From an uncultured Nitrospiraceae bacterium (GTDB lineage Bacteria > Nitrospirota > Nitrospiria > Nitrospirales > Nitrospiraceae), in NCBI GenBank assembly GCA_963730935.1, contig CAVSTP010000003.1, positions 640,001 to 704,000 on the forward strand: a stretch of 64,000 nucleotides of DNA, written 5' to 3'. Positions 23,985 through 37,049 of the stretch are shown piece after piece. Made by a program: the position numbers and the translations under genes. Under the pieces are notes generated by a model. The model was not told the DNA's origin, did no database searches, and saw nothing but the letters and a program-made list of their open reading frames with translations. Position 1 is the stretch's first letter; each line of letters begins with the position of its first letter.

Positions 23985-25302
23985 ATGCTCGACCACTGCG
24001 TGCACTTGTGGGCCGTCGCCATGCTCATCCTGACGGGTTGCGTGTTTCAGGAGGTGCGCACGCAACAGTCCAAGATGGAGACGTTTTGCCGAATAGACGG
24101 CTCCGTGAGCGCTCGGCAGGAGACACCGAGCCCGCTGCTGGTTGGTTTAGTGCGGCACAACGGCGGCGTCTTGGAGGATCAGGCGAATTGGAGCCTGATC
24201 GACCACTTTGTGTTGGAGTCGCCAGGGCGTTGGATGTTCCGCGCCGGCCCCGGCACGTACGGGCTTGTCGCCTTCAAGGATGTGAATGCCGACGGCGTGT
24301 ATCAACCAGGTGAACCGTTCCTGCCCGTCGACGCGAGCCAACTGGTGACCTGCGACAGCAGTCACCCCCACACCGAACTGGCGCTCCTCATCCCGGCGGA
24401 AGGTCGTTCGCGGGTTGAAGGAGAGATCGATTTCTTGAAGTTCCAGGCTCGTTCCGCGAGCGCCCAACTCCAACAGACCCTCGGAGCCGCGACCGCGTAT
24501 GGTGTGGTGACAACGCTCGAATGATCCGCGCTTCAGTGAGGAACATGCGACCAAAAGCCTGTGGCGACCGTATGACTTTATTTTCGATGTCGGCCCCGGC
24601 GTCTATTTCCTCGAGCCTTACGATGCCCGAAAGATTCCCGTGCTGTTCGTCCACGGCATTAATGGCACGCCAATAAACTTTCGTTTTCTCATCGAGCATC
24701 TCGACCGGACGAAGTATCAGCCCTGGCTGTACTATTACCCATCCGGAGTCCGTCTTGCCGGCCTGGCCGACCATCTCGACCAGACGATGAAGACATTGCA
24801 ACTCGAGCACGGCTTCACCCAGTACCACGTCATCGCCCACAGCATGGGTGGGCTGGTGTCGCGCGGGTTCCTCTTGAGAAATCAGTCGGGCGGAAGTCGT
24901 GCGCGCGTCCCGCTCTACATCACAATCTCCACGCCGTGGGCTGGGCATAAGGCTGCACAGGCGGGAGTCGATTATGCGCCGGCGGTGGTCTATGTCTGGA
25001 ACGACATGGTTCCCCGCAGTGCCTATCTTACCGATCTGTTCTTCACGGAGAGTGACGGCGAGCCAGTCCATCGACGGTTGCCGGATGGCGTCAAGCATCA
25101 TCTGCTATTTGGTTTCAAGCATCGCGGAAACGGCATCGGGGAAAGTTCTGACGGCACGGTCACTCTGGCGAGTCAACTGTATTCGGGTGCACAGGAGGAC
25201 GCCAGCCGGCTCTACGGTTTCGACGAGACACATATGAGCATCCTGGGCAGCATGGAAACCTCCCGATTAGTCAATCGTCTACTCAATGATGCGTCGCCTT
25301 GA
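23985..25302 (+). pseudogene. Alpha/beta hydrolase (lipase-like) lipoprotein, one frameshift near 24520 (probably a sequencing indel)
   Basis: Lipobox LTGC; removing one base joins ..VVTTL to NDPRFSEEH..PVLFVHGING..IAHSMGG (nucleophile elbow)..H. Confidence 0.75.
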
Positions 25303-25352
25303 GAAAAAGAGGCTTGAAGATCACTCAGACCTCGCTACCAGTACACGAGAAA

Positions 25353-26349
25353 ATGACTATCAGACTCTGGTCTATAGTCGCCTTGGTTCTCAGTACTGCG
25401 GCGAGTCCGGTCACTTGCCGAGACGATGATCGAGGGCCGTGGCAATGTGTTCTATACGGATGATGTGGGCATCTTCTCAGCCACCCGGCGGCTGACCCGC
25501 GACGGCGACCCGACCCAGCCTGCCCTCGATACCAACCTTACCAACAAGGGATCCGATGTAGTGTTCGAGCCGGATGCCAAACTAGCGACCACGTTTGACA
25601 ATCGGTTTGGGAAGACCGAGTTGAACGTACGCGGGCAAGGCTTCATCTATGCGGACAACCCGCGTTTCAATCATGGAACCATGAGGGTTGAGGCCATCCA
25701 GGCCTTCGCGCCAGCCACACGTGTCCGGCTTCGGTACTACTATGCGCCGAACCTGTTTCTTGGCGAAAATGAAGACAGGCAACCAGGTGCAGAGGGGTTG
25801 GTGGATGAGACCGTCACCAGCCATATCTGGTCCGCGCGGGTGGAGCAGCGCCTGACGCAGACCGTAGAAGTGCGCCTCATGACGAGATATGGGATTCGCC
25901 GCTACAACGATGCGTTTGCCCAGCGGGACGTGGATTTCTGGACCATCGGTCCCCATCTCGAATGGCGTGTCTCCAAGCGGCTCACGCTAGGCCTGAGCTA
26001 CCATTATGAGCGCGGCCTCGCCGAGGGCCGGAACCAACCTCAGCTCAGGGACGACGTCTCGTATATTAATAATTACGTAAGCGCCGATGTGGACGCCGAG
26101 CTCATGGAGCGATTGTCGTTGTCGTTGGCCTTCCATTATGAACGAAACAATTGGACGAGCGGGATTCTTGGAGATGAGCGCAGGGGCGCCCACGAGGACG
26201 TCATTCAGGGGGACGTCGTGCTGATCCGCGAGTTAACGGATACGCTGCGCGTGTATGTGGGATTCCAAAGATCGAGTCGCAAACAGAGCTTCGAAGCAGA
26301 AGCCATCAAGAATACGAATGTCGGCATCGGAATTGGTAATCTCTTCTAA
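25353..26349 (+). CDS. Outer-membrane beta-barrel protein; signal peptide separated by a +1 frameshift near 25413
   Basis: MTIRLWSIVALVLSTAASPV joins LAETMIEGRG after one base is removed; alternating beta strands; C-terminal Phe. Confidence 0.65.
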
Positions 26350-26358
26350 CTCCCTGCT

Positions 26359-26934
26359 TCACATGCCGAGCATGCCCTTCTTCAGATCCTCTGTGGGTGG
26401 CTTCGGCCCCAGGAAGATTGAGAAGACAGCATCGCTGAAGCCCTTCCCTCCGAAGGCGCCCAGCTCCTTGTTCCCGACCTGTAGCATTGTGCCCTTTCCT
26501 GGCAGGTAGGTAAACGTCACCGTGTCGCCTTCCTTCACGTCGGGGATGAGCGCGAGCATCTTATCGAACGCAGCCTTCTGTCCGGTCTTGTCTTTCGCGT
26601 TCCCCTCGAAGCCAGATTGGAGGGCCTCCACGAGCTGCGCCTTGGTCAGGTCGCGCAGGAAATGCATGCGGATGGCCTTCGCCTGGTCGGCCGCCAGGAT
26701 CGCGCCTGCGTCCTTCGAGGGCGATTCGAGGTAGAGCCCCCCTACGTAGACCTTGAACACGGACTTTTTCCTGAGGCCCAAACCGTTCAGCTTCAGTGTC
26801 AAATCGCCGGACTTGAGCGTGTCAGGAAGCGTTGCGCCCGCCAGTTCGCCGGCCAGGGCGGTGTCGAGCATCGATACGGCCAAGATAAACGGGACAGCGG
26901 CGCGAAATAGTCTCGTCACGGTACAGCTTTTCAT
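26359..26934 (-). CDS. Chalcone isomerase-like (Chalcone_3) secreted protein
   Basis: Signal peptide; LNGLGLRKK..FKVYVGGLYL; F..AVFSIFLG.KP....LKK.MLG. Confidence 0.82.
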   Translation of the reverse strand: MKSCTVTRLFRAAVPFILAVSMLDTALAGELAGATLPDTLKSGDLTLKLNGLGLRKKSVFKVYVGGLYLESPSKDAGAILAADQAKAIRMHFLRDLTKAQLVEALQSGFEGNAKDKTGQKAAFDKMLALIPDVKEGDTVTFTYLPGKGTMLQVGNKELGAFGGKGFSDAVFSIFLGPKPPTEDLKKGMLGM

Positions 26935-27273
26935 GGTTCTGCTCTCCTTAATGTGATGTTTGCCTTGGAGGCCCCTTCCAGTGGTGTAAAAGCGAAACCT
27001 TGCCCTCACTCACTTTCCCGTAAAAGCTGTCAGTAGGAAAGGAAACCCTTGAAGAATGTCTGGGCGGGGTTCCGGTGCCTAGAATTCATAAGGCAGGCAC
27101 GCTAACAAGAAATGTCGTGAAATGGCAATCACACCCAACGGCTTCATGTATTGGTCTACGCCAATGGGAAAATACGGCAAGATTAGTTAAAACCGGGCGA
27201 TGCGGTGCGCCAGCACGATATCTTCCTCAGAACTCCTTCTTAGGGTAGCCGGCCGATCCGCTTACGGGACCCA

Positions 27274-27289
27274 CTGTTACTTCTGACAG
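27274..27289. promoter_or_regulatory. Palindromic site CTGTTACTTCTGACAG
   Basis: Lies in the divergent intergenic region; matches the 8531 and 44204 motif. Confidence 0.55.
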
Positions 27290-27417
27290 TACACACAAAC
27301 CTACTATTGTGGGAAAAGGTGCCCACAATAGGGAGAAGAGACATGACGAAACTGTTGAAAAGTTGGTGCACGTGGCTGGTGCTCTTGTTGTCATCGACAT
27401 ATCACAGTGAGGATTGT

Positions 27418-28878
27418 ATGGCGCCTCGAAACCGGTTCTTAATCAACGTTGATGCACCACACAGGGTAACAGCCCGGGTCGCCGTCGGGATGCTCCTGTC
27501 AATGCTAGTCCGGATGCGTGAGTTCTCCAGTCCATACACTTCCCCCGCCAAAGCCGGACCAGGCATCCTGCACCCATCCGATGAAACCGAGTGACACGCT
27601 GATCGGGATCGCCATATCGGGCGGGGGGAGTCGAGCGGCATTGTTCGGAGCGGCCGGCCTCGAAGCGTTGGCGAAGGTGCAAGTGGGACAACCTGCACAT
27701 TCTCTGTTGGAAGATGTCTCGCTGATCTCCAGCGTGTCTGGCGGCAGCATGGCGACGTCGTACTTTGCCTCTGTGAAACCTCAAAAGGACGTGCCGATCT
27801 TGACCTCGTCAGGTGAACTCAGCGCGGAATACGAGGCTTTTTTTGCACAGTACAAAAAAACCATGAACCAGGATTATGAGGATCCCCTCTTTTGGCGGAA
27901 CATGACGCGCTTGCGCTGGTTCAATCCGGCCTGGACGGCCAAGTCCCTCACTGAACATCTTAATAATCAGTTCTTGAACGGCCTGACATTTAAAAGTGTT
28001 CGAGAGCGGGAATTGAGCGGCGATATTCCTAGACTTCTTATCAATACCACCTTGTACAACGATGGGCGTCGTTTCGTGATCACGACGTTGCCGTCTTGAG
28101 CAGACCCAATACGACTTATTGAAAGATGTGAGTCGATCGGTCGGTACCGTCTCGATCGAAGGAATCCGTCGAATTGATGAAAGTCAAATGGGCATCGCTG
28201 CAGTCCGTGACTCCTGAAGCGCTGAACCTCGACCTGTGCCCCATTCAATTAGCCGGGGCAGTTGCGGCATCCATGTCGTTCCCTCCGGTGATCGGCCCCA
28301 TTACCTTCAAGGTTGAGGGAGAGGATCGGTACTTCCATGCAGGGGACGGGGGATTGTCCGACAATATGGGCCTGGAATCGTTGGCGACGGTTGCGTTCAA
28401 CGCGCTTCAGAAGAATGCGGCCCGTCGGGTCCTCATCATCGCGTTCGACAGTTCGTTCCCCTTCCAGATAGGGTCAGATCGACTGGATCATTTTCCGGAG
28501 GGATTTACATTATTTAATTACGACTATGGCCGCATCCCGGGAATCATGGAAGAACGGGCGTTAGCGTACCGCATACTCTATTTTCGAACGATGACGGAGC
28601 AAGGCGTGATGCCAGACGAGAGTCGATTGAAATTCCTTCAACTGAGACACATTGACGCGGTGTGGAAGGACGATCTGAGTGATCTCCCAGAATCATGCAA
28701 GAAGGAGAAGGTGAAGTTGGCAAACCCAGTGATGGTCACAAAGCGTCTCGCGAGCGTCGTGACCAGGCTCTGGCTCGAATCCGATTGCGATCGTGATTTG
28801 GTGGCCATGGCAGCGGTGAAGCTGGTGGAAGCGAAAAAGGATGTGATCCTGAAATTCTTGCAGGAGCCGCGACCATAG
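27418..28878 (+). pseudogene. Patatin-like phospholipase lipoprotein, frameshifts near 27510, 28097 and 28155
   Basis: ISGGGSRAA oxyanion hole, SSVSGGS nucleophile, DGGLSDN; lipobox MLVGC restored by removing one base. Confidence 0.75.
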
Positions 28879-29054
28879 CAACATTTGCCATCGTTTGTTC
28901 CGATCCGGCACTACATGTTCGGTGCCCAATACCCAAGATGTGGGGCTGTGTAATGAAAAACATCATGTGGTGGGGTTGGACAATAGGAGGATGAGCTAGC
29001 GGCTGAACGACTGGAACGAAATAATTCTGCAGCCAGTACAAGGGAGGAGAGAAC

Positions 29055-31482
29055 ATGCGAAAACATGTCATCCCGGCGACATTGAGTGCGCGCTCAACTG
29101 TAATTGGCTACGGCCGTTGTCGCCATCGATGGAGTTGCAGACAAGGCCGCCGACATCCCCACCCAACTGTCTGGGGAAATAGATCGAACGGTGCTTCCGA
29201 TCCCAGAACCAGACTATCCGCTCGCCACTGAACTCGACGCGCGTGATGCCACGGCGCCGCCAAGGTTCGAGGTGAAGCCGCCCAAGGGCGCGCCGAACGT
29301 CATCGTCTTCCTAATCGACGATATCGGATTCGGACATGCCAGCACGTTCGGCGGCGCCATTCCCATGCCGACGCTCGATCGTCTCGCGCGCCAGGGACTC
29401 AAGTACAACCGCTTCCACACCACGGCCCTCTGCTCGCCCACACGCGTGGCCCTCCTGACCGGTCGCAACCATCATATGAACAACGCGGGCGCGATCATGG
29501 AAGTGGCGACGGCATTCCCCGGTAATACCGGCGCGCGCCCACTCAGCGTCACGCCGCTGGCGGAGATCTTGCGCCAGAACGGCTATAGCACGGCCGCGTT
29601 CGGGAAATATCACGAAACTGCCCCATGGGAAGTGAGTGTGTCTGGACCGTTCGATCGATGGCCGACGCATTCAGGATTCGACAAGTTCTACGGCTTCATC
29701 GGCGGCGAAACCAACCAGTGGGCACCCCTCATCTTCGATGGCACGATTAAGGTCGAGCCGCCGCACGATCCAAAGTACCACTTCACGACCGATATGACGA
29801 ACCAGGCGATCCAATGGATCCGTAGTCAGCAGTCACTGACGCCGGACAAGCCCTTCTTCACCTATTTCGCCACCGGCGCCACCCACGCCCCGCATCACGT
29901 GCCCAAAGACTGGATCGCCAAGTTTAAGGGCAAGTTCGACGGAGGCTGGGATAAGTACCGCGAGGAGACCTTCGCCCGGCAAAAGCAGATGGGGATCATT
30001 CCTCAGGAGGCGAAGCTTGCGTCGAAACCTGAGGCGATCAAGGATTGGGACAAGCTGACGGCCGACGAGAAAAGGCTGTTCGCGCGGCAAATGGAGGTGT
30101 TCGCGGCGTTCGCGGCGCACACCGACCATGAGATCGGCCGGGTCGTGAAGGCCGTCGAGGACATGGGCAAGCTCGACAACACGCTGATCCTCTACCTCGT
30201 GGGCGACAATGGCTCCAGCGCCGAAGGCGGCATGGTCGGCATGTACAACGAGATGACGTACTTCAACGGGGTCGCCGAAAAGGTGCCTGACATGCTCAAG
30301 AACATCGACAAGTGGGGCGGGCCTGAGACCTTCCCGCACATGGCGGCCGGTTGGGCGGTGGCCGGCAACACGCCGTTCATGTGGACGAAGCAGGTCGCTG
30401 CCAACTTCGGAGGCTCCCGCAATCCGCTGGTGATTAGCTGGCCGGCACGCATCAAGGCCAAGGGCGAAATGCGCAGCCAATTCCAGCATGTGGTGGATAT
30501 CGCGCCGACCGTGCTCGAGGCCGCCGGCATTCCCGAGCCGAAGACGGTCAATGGCATTGAGCAGACCCCGATGGAAGGCGTCAGCATGGTGTACACCTTC
30601 GACGATGCCAAGGCCGCGGGCCGGCACAAGACACAATACTTCGAGATTTTCGGTAACCGCGCCATCTACCACGAAGGCTGGGTGGCGGCGACCGTGCATA
30701 AGGCTCCGTGGGAAGCGGCGCCAAGACACAAGCTCGCTGAGGACATGTGGGAGCTTTACAACGTGGACGAGGACTTCAGCGAGACGAACGACCTCGCGGC
30801 GAGCAATCCAGACAAGCTAAAGGAGCTGCAGGCGCTCTTCATGAAGGAAGCCGAGCGCTACCGCGTGCTGCCAATTGACGACCGAGTGATCGAACGGTTC
30901 GACCCCGCCATGGCGGGCCGTCCGGACCTCATGGCCGGCCGAAAGTCCTTGACGGTCTATGCGGGCATGACCGGCATGATGGAGAACGCCTTCATCAACG
31001 TGAAAAACCAATCGAAGACCATCACCGCCGACGTCGAGGTTGCTTCCAACGCCAATGGCGTCATCCTCTGCCAGGGCGGACGCTTCGGCGGGTGGAGCCT
31101 GTACGTGGTGAACGGCAAGCCGGCGTACACCTACAACCATGTGGGTCTTCACCAGTACACGATCAAGTCTACCGAAGCGCTTGCGCCAGGCAAAGCGACC
31201 ATCAAGCTCGAGTTCGCCTACGACGGCGGACGCGGCAAAGGCGGAACGGCCACCCTCTTCATCAATGGCAAGAAGGTCGGGTCCGGGCGCGTGGAGCAGA
31301 CCAACGCCAACATCTTCTCGGCCGACGACGCCGCCGATGTGGGCGTGGACGAAGGGACCAACGTGAGCTCGGCGTACAAGCAACACGGGAACAAGTTCAC
31401 CGGCAAGATCGAGAAAGTTCGAATCGACACCAAAGTGACAGCGATCCGAATGGCTGGAATTCGCGGTACTGTCAAAGACTAG
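29055..31482 (+). CDS. Arylsulfatase (Cys-type, formylglycine dependent) with C-terminal LamG-like domain; indels at both ends
   Basis: [14 protein letters not shown] (CxPxR), [18 protein letters not shown] and ATG at 29055 are out of frame with the 792-aa ORF; the true stop is probably near 31438 (ACC AAaG TGA). Confidence 0.88.
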
Positions 31483-31533
31483 AAGGCTGGTGATTGCCTC
31501 GCTGCGTCAAGAGCCGGAGTTGGTACCTGCGTG

Positions 31534-32513
31534 ATGCGTCTCAGCCTCAAGATGTGCGCGTCTCACGCTGATCGTTCCTGGTGATCGTTGAGTCGTGGGC
31601 GTGCCCGGCCGCGCAGGCAGCCGAAGGCGCGAGCAGCAACTACACGCCAGGAACGTACGGCAACCTTGGCCGTGGCACATGCAGCCAAAGCCGGGCTCTT
31701 TCGGGGTGATCAACTATCTGGGCTATGTGTCGAGCAGTGTAGATAGAGCCGTGTTGAACAACAAGGCGGCGACCAATGTCGACAGTAAACAAGTGTTTGA
31801 CGCGCCGCTGGGCCTGTACACCTTTAAGACTCCGGTCCTGGGCGGTGCTCTGTTCTCTGTCGGTGGCTGGCTCGCCTTTCCCTGGGCGTCTTTGGATACG
31901 ACGCTCACCACCGCCGGCGGGTCGGCGCAGTCGAGCAAGACCAATTTCGGGATCGGCCAGTCGGGCCTGATCCCGGCCTACCTGTCCTGGAAACTGGGCG
32001 GGAACTTCTCTTTCGCGGCGTACGAAGCGATCTATATTCCTACCGGTCCTTACAGCACCACCAACCCGCTCAATCTCAACCGGGGATACTGGAGCTTTGA
32101 CACGAATGTCGCATTGACCTGGTTCAATGAAAAGTCAGGGACGGAACTTTCTGCGACGGCTGGCCTGATGGCCAATACCGAGAATACGCACACCGACTAC
32201 CACACCGGCACCGAATTCCACCTCGAATACGTCCTCAATCAATTCGTGACCGATTTCCTGTCCGTCGGTCTGCATGGCTACTACTATGACCAGATCGCCG
32301 ATGACCGGCCGGGTCCCTCGACAACCGCCGCCCTCAACCTACTGAATCTGAGCGCAAGCGACCTGAGGAGCACGTCTCATGGACTCGGTCCCCAAGTCAA
32401 CTGGGTCGTGAATGACAAGCTTCATCTTATCCTTCTCATGGATCCATGACCTCTACACTCACTACCGTATGCCGTCGGACTACTTCTACCTCAATACGTA
32501 CATCACATTTTGA
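31534..32513 (+). pseudogene. SphA/MetA-pathway-like outer-membrane channel, frameshifted at both ends
   Basis: AEGASSNYTPGTYGN, IYIPTGPY..LNLNRGYWSFD, NTHTDYHTGTEFH, GYYYDQI; alternative frame ends ..YFYLNTYITF*; start approximate. Confidence 0.65.
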
Positions 32514-32574
32514 TACGTAGGTGATTGGATGATGACCTGGGCCATCACGTTGCGGATCGAGCTCAAGGAGGATT

Positions 32575-33361
32575 GTGCCACAGATCTGCGACCTGCGCGG
32601 GGCTGCTGTGTCCTGTGTCTGCATGCTGTCGGGTTGCCCCGGGGCGGAATATCTCTGGGAAGTCAGAACCGAGTCCACGACAAGGCCCCCTTCATTCAAT
32701 CCCGCCGTCTTCGAGCAACAACCTGTGGCGGTGCTGGAAGCGCTTACCTGCACCGGGTCTCCATGGTAATGAGGTCGGTCTCACGCTCTCCCTCAGTCGT
32801 AGTCTGAAACAGAATCGAACCGAAGTGGAAACTGGTGTACCCCCAAGAGACAGCGACCCGAATCAATCAGGAGGGATTGGCGGCCGAGTACACGCGCATG
32901 AGGACGGATTACGAGCGAAGTGACATCCTGGATCGTGAGCCACTGCGGAAAATCGGGGCCGCGCTCGGGGCGCGCTACGTCTTCCAACCCCGGTTGGCGT
33001 CTTTCACTCAGATGCTCTACGAGCGTTGGGAATTTCCAGGACTGAATGTGAAGGTCTTGCGAACTCGCGTCGAGCATCCTACGCATGTCATTACAGTTGT
33101 GGGACACAGAAACTGGCGAGTTGATATGGGCTTCAGCAGCGGAGGCCGCCTTCCAGGAGGAAGCGTTATTTGATGGCCCAGTATACCTTCGGGAGGCGGG
33201 ACTCAATTACCTGGGGCAGCATTATCTCAGATTTAACGCATAACAGGACGGCCTTCCGGTACACGCCGGCGGACGCCCTACTTGATGCGCTGAGTGGACC
33301 AGATGGTGTCGACGAGGACTCAGCTAGCAACAACCCTGCAGAGTCCTCGGGAGGCAAATAG
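32575..33361 (+). pseudogene. Lipoprotein, fragmented paralog of 45789..46565
   Basis: Fragments LSGC, PGLHGNEVGL, GLAAEYTRMR, RYVFQPRLASFTQMLYERW align with the intact copy. Confidence 0.72.
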
Positions 33362-33496
33362 AATGTTCTCTGACGGTGCGCTCGCATGACGAAGGTTCAC
33401 TTCACCCCTGTCCCACTACATGGAAAAGATTAAACGCAGGATTGCGGACGAACAGCAACTTCAAATCAAACACCATCCACGAAAGAGCAAACGACT

Positions 33497-33586
33497 ATGC
33501 ACCCCATGAATCGTCGCGATGCGACGCCGCAAGAAGAGGCTCTAGGCGGCAAATGGGCCGCGCCGAAGGTAAAGGGAGCTGAGTGA
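33497..33586 (+). pseudogene. 29-aa remnant: Tat-like start fused to a DUF1214-like C-terminus
   Basis: Translates as MHPMNRRDATPQEEALGGKWAAPKVKGAE*. Confidence 0.45.
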
Positions 33587-33624
33587 AATACCCGGATCAA
33601 ACGACGACCCATAGGAGACCGATC

Positions 33625-35115
33625 ATGAACATTAAATACCCAAAACACTTTATCACCGGAGCTGCAGGGCTAGGGCTCGTCGTCACGCTCGTAGCCGCCA
33701 ACGCGCTGGCGCAGACGCCCGAGACGCGTCGAAACCCGCATCGGCGAGCTGAAGTTCGAGCGGGGCTACCCCACCGAAGAGACCACGCGAAAAGTCTTCG
33801 ACGAGATGGACTACCAGCGGCCGTGCAAGCCTACTTGTGGGCCTACCCGGCCGTTTCGTTCGAGTCGATCCGGATTGGAGTCAAGCGGGACCTCGGCCTC
33901 GACTACAACGAATTCACCATCGCCGACAAACTCGCCGACGCCAAGTCCGTCTGGCTCACGGCGAACGACAGCACGGTCTATGCCTTGACGCTCGTCGATC
34001 TTGGGAAATCTGGACCGATGGTGGTTGATGTCCCGCCCGGCGCCATCGTGGGCCTGATCGACGACTACTGGCAGCGCTCGCTCACCGACCTGGGCCTGCC
34101 CGGTCCCGATGGCGACAAAGGCGGAAAGTTTCTCCTCCTGCCCCCCGGCTACAAGGGCGAGGTTCCCGAAGGAAGGCTACCACGTCCTGCAGGGGACGAT
34201 GAACGACTACAACGTCATGGTCCGCGGCATCGCGGTGAAGGGCGACTTCGCCGGTGCGGTGCAGGTCGTCAACAAGATGAATGTCTACCCGTGGAGTGAA
34301 CGCGACAATCCCAAACCGGCCAAGTTCGTTTCCTTCTCGGGGAAGGTGATGGATACCCTTCCGCCAGGCGGCATCGAATACTGGGCGCGGCTTTCTGCGT
34401 TCATCAACAACAACCCCGTTCAGGAGCGCGACCGTTTTTTCATGGCGATGCTCAAGCCGTTGGGCATCGAGAAAGGCAAGCCGTTCAAGCCCGACGCGCG
34501 GCAGCGAGCATCCTCGAAGACGCGGCCCGGATCGGCGACGCCATGGGCCGCGTGATGCTCTTCGAGGGAGAGCAGCGCATCAACAGGGCCAACGCCTTTC
34601 GCGGCACTAAGTGGAACTGGGTGGTCCTCAACAGTCCCGACCAGGAAACCGAAAACTACAGCCAGCTCGACGAACGGCTGCACTACACCTACGGTGCCAT
34701 CTACACGTCGCCCTACATCGGAGTCGAAGAAGCCCGGCCCCGGGTCGGAGTACGTCCAGGCCTTCAAGGACAAGGACGGCAATCGCCTCGACGGCGGCAA
34801 GTCCTACCGCCTGCACGTGCCGGCGAACGTACCGGCCGCGACCTTCTGGTCGCTGACGATCTACGACACCGCGACTCGCTCCATGCTTCAGAACCCGAGC
34901 GGTGACGCCGCCCACTCGTCCTACGACAAACTCAAGACCAACGCGGACGGCTCGATTGACCTTTACTTCGGGCCCAAGGCCCCCGCCGGCCAGGAGAGCA
35001 ACTGGACCGAGACGGTTCCCGGCAAAGGCTTCTATCCGATGTTCCGCTTCTACACCCCAAAGAGGGCGTGTTTGACGGGACATGGAAGCTGCCGGACGTC
35101 GAGTTGATGAAATAA
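33625..35115 (+). pseudogene. DUF1254/DUF1214 periplasmic protein, about 6 frameshifts
   Basis: ETRIGELKFERGYP, LTANDSTVY, GPDGDKGGKFLLLPPGY, LDGGKSYRLHVPANVPAATFWSLTIYD, NADGSIDLYFGP. Confidence 0.8.
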
Positions 35116-35266
35116 CGAAGACGAAACGACAGCCATGAAGTGCAAGTAGGCACCGAACCCACTATTAAAAAAGGAGACCCGGAAAATCGCACAACATTCA
35201 GTTCAGTCGGCAGTCGCTGGTGCTGCCAGTTACGCCCATGTCGAGCGGATCGGCTTTGGTATCTGC

Positions 35267-35887
35267 ATGATCGTAGCGCCCATCTTTATGCTCGGAGCGG
35301 CATTCCTTCACCCAGCGCATGGGATCGAGGGTACGCAGTACTACCACGCCGCGCATGACTATTCCCCGCGGTTCTACGTGGCCCACACGCTGTTCTTCCT
35401 CGCAGCGGTCCTCTTCGTGCCCGCTATCGTCGGGCTGGCGCGCTTGGTGCACGCCCGCCATCCCAAGGCGGCCTTTTGGGGCTGCACGCTTTCGCTCATG
35501 GGCTTCATCGGCTTTGGGGCGTTGGACGGCGCGGACTACTTTGCCTGGGTGGCTGGGAATCCGGACAATGCGCTGGACCCAGCAATGATGCAAAAATTCA
35601 TCGAGACCGCGCTGACCAGTATGTCCATCCTGATCCCGATCATGCTGGTCTTCAGCCTGCTCCCGATCGGTCTTGGTGTGCTCGCTGTCGGAACGGCCCG
35701 AGGAGGCATCCTTCCCACCTGGCTCGCTGTGTTGATGCCGGTAGGCATGTTCGGCATAGCATCTTTTCTTGAATATCCGATCCCGCTGGTCCTGTCAGGC
35801 CTCGCCCTGCTCGCGAGCTTCGGGACGGTCGGTGTGAGGCTGCTGAAGGATTCGAATGGGATGCAATCTCAGGCGGCCCCGGTCTGA
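35267..35887 (+). CDS. Integral membrane protein (about 6 TM); frame is open upstream to about 35180, start codon possibly damaged
   Basis: Hydrophobic helices; AAGGAG RBS near 35171 without an in-frame ATG. Confidence 0.6.
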   Translation: MIVAPIFMLGAAFLHPAHGIEGTQYYHAAHDYSPRFYVAHTLFFLAAVLFVPAIVGLARLVHARHPKAAFWGCTLSLMGFIGFGALDGADYFAWVAGNPDNALDPAMMQKFIETALTSMSILIPIMLVFSLLPIGLGVLAVGTARGGILPTWLAVLMPVGMFGIASFLEYPIPLVLSGLALLASFGTVGVRLLKDSNGMQSQAAPV

Positions 35888-36009
35888 AGAGCCCTGCAGC
35901 GGATTTCCGAAAGGGCCTCAACGCTTGCCGGCGTGAAGAGCGTTACAGCTTTTATGCGAAGGCCGGTCCGCCAAGGGAGCTCTCGAGCTGGTCAATCAAA
36001 GGTGAGATT

Positions 36010-37012
36010 ATGAAGATCAAACACGCTCATTCCATCATCGCCGCCGCTCTCTTTTGCGGGCTGGCTGTCACGACGAACGTCGCGCAGTCTGCCGACCCGC
36101 TGCCATCCTGGAACGATGGCAAGTCGAAGCAGTCCATCCTGACTTTCATATCAAAGGTCACCGAGAAGGGCTCGCCGGATTTCGTCCCGCCCGCCGAACG
36201 CATCGCCACGTTCGACAACGACGGCACGCTGTGGACCGAGCAACCCTTGTATTTCCAGCTTCAATTCGCGCATCGACCGAATCAAGGAGCTGGCTCCGCA
36301 GCACCCCGAGTGGAAGGACACAGAGCCTTTCAAATCGGTCCTCGCGGGGGATCTCCAAGCCGCGTTTGCGGGCGGTGCAAAATCGCTGGTCGAGATTGCG
36401 GGTGCCGGTAATGCAAACATAACGCCCGAAGAGTTCGATCGAATCGTAAAAACATGGGCCGCGACGGCAACGCACCCGAAGACGGGGCGGCTATATACCG
36501 AGATGGTGTATCAGCCGATGCTCGAAGTGCTGGCCCACCTTCGAGCCAATGGTTTCAAGACGTACATCACCTCAGGTGGCGGTGTCGATTTCATGCGCGC
36601 GTTTGCGGAACGCGTGTATGGCATTCCGCCCGAACAGGTGATCGGCAGTGTGGGCGAGGTCAACTTTGAGATGCGCGACGGCAAGCCCGTGCTGATCAGG
36701 CAAGCGGCCCTGGCTTTCTTTGACGACAATGTATTCAAACCCGTCGCGATACACCGGAACATAGGCCGGCGGCCGATCGCCGCGTTCGGCAACTCTGACG
36801 GCGACCTGCAGATGCTGCAGTGGACGTGTGCTGGTTCTGGCACGCGTTTTTGCCTTTTTGTTCGCCATACGGACGGCGATCGCGAGTGGAACTACGACGT
36901 CACGCCGCTTGGCCGTCTTGAAAAGGGCCTGGAAGAAGCCAAGGCGAAAGGCTGGACCGTCGTCGATATGAAGAACGACTGGAAGGTAATTTATCCGTTC
37001 GAGAAAAAGTAG
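36010..37012 (+). pseudogene. Secreted HAD-family hydrolase (acid phosphatase-like), +1 frameshift near 36271
   Basis: DPLPSWNDG, FDNDGTLW (DxD), TYITSGGG, AAFGNSDGDLQML, GWTVVDMKNDW. Confidence 0.82.
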
Positions 37013-37049
37013 ATCACGTGAGTAGATCGCTGCATTTAGCTCAAAACGC

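Noticed and set aside
27117..27133. GTGA-N8-TCAC resembling a CRP site
   Set aside because: Spacer is 8 bp rather than 6 and it occurs only once.
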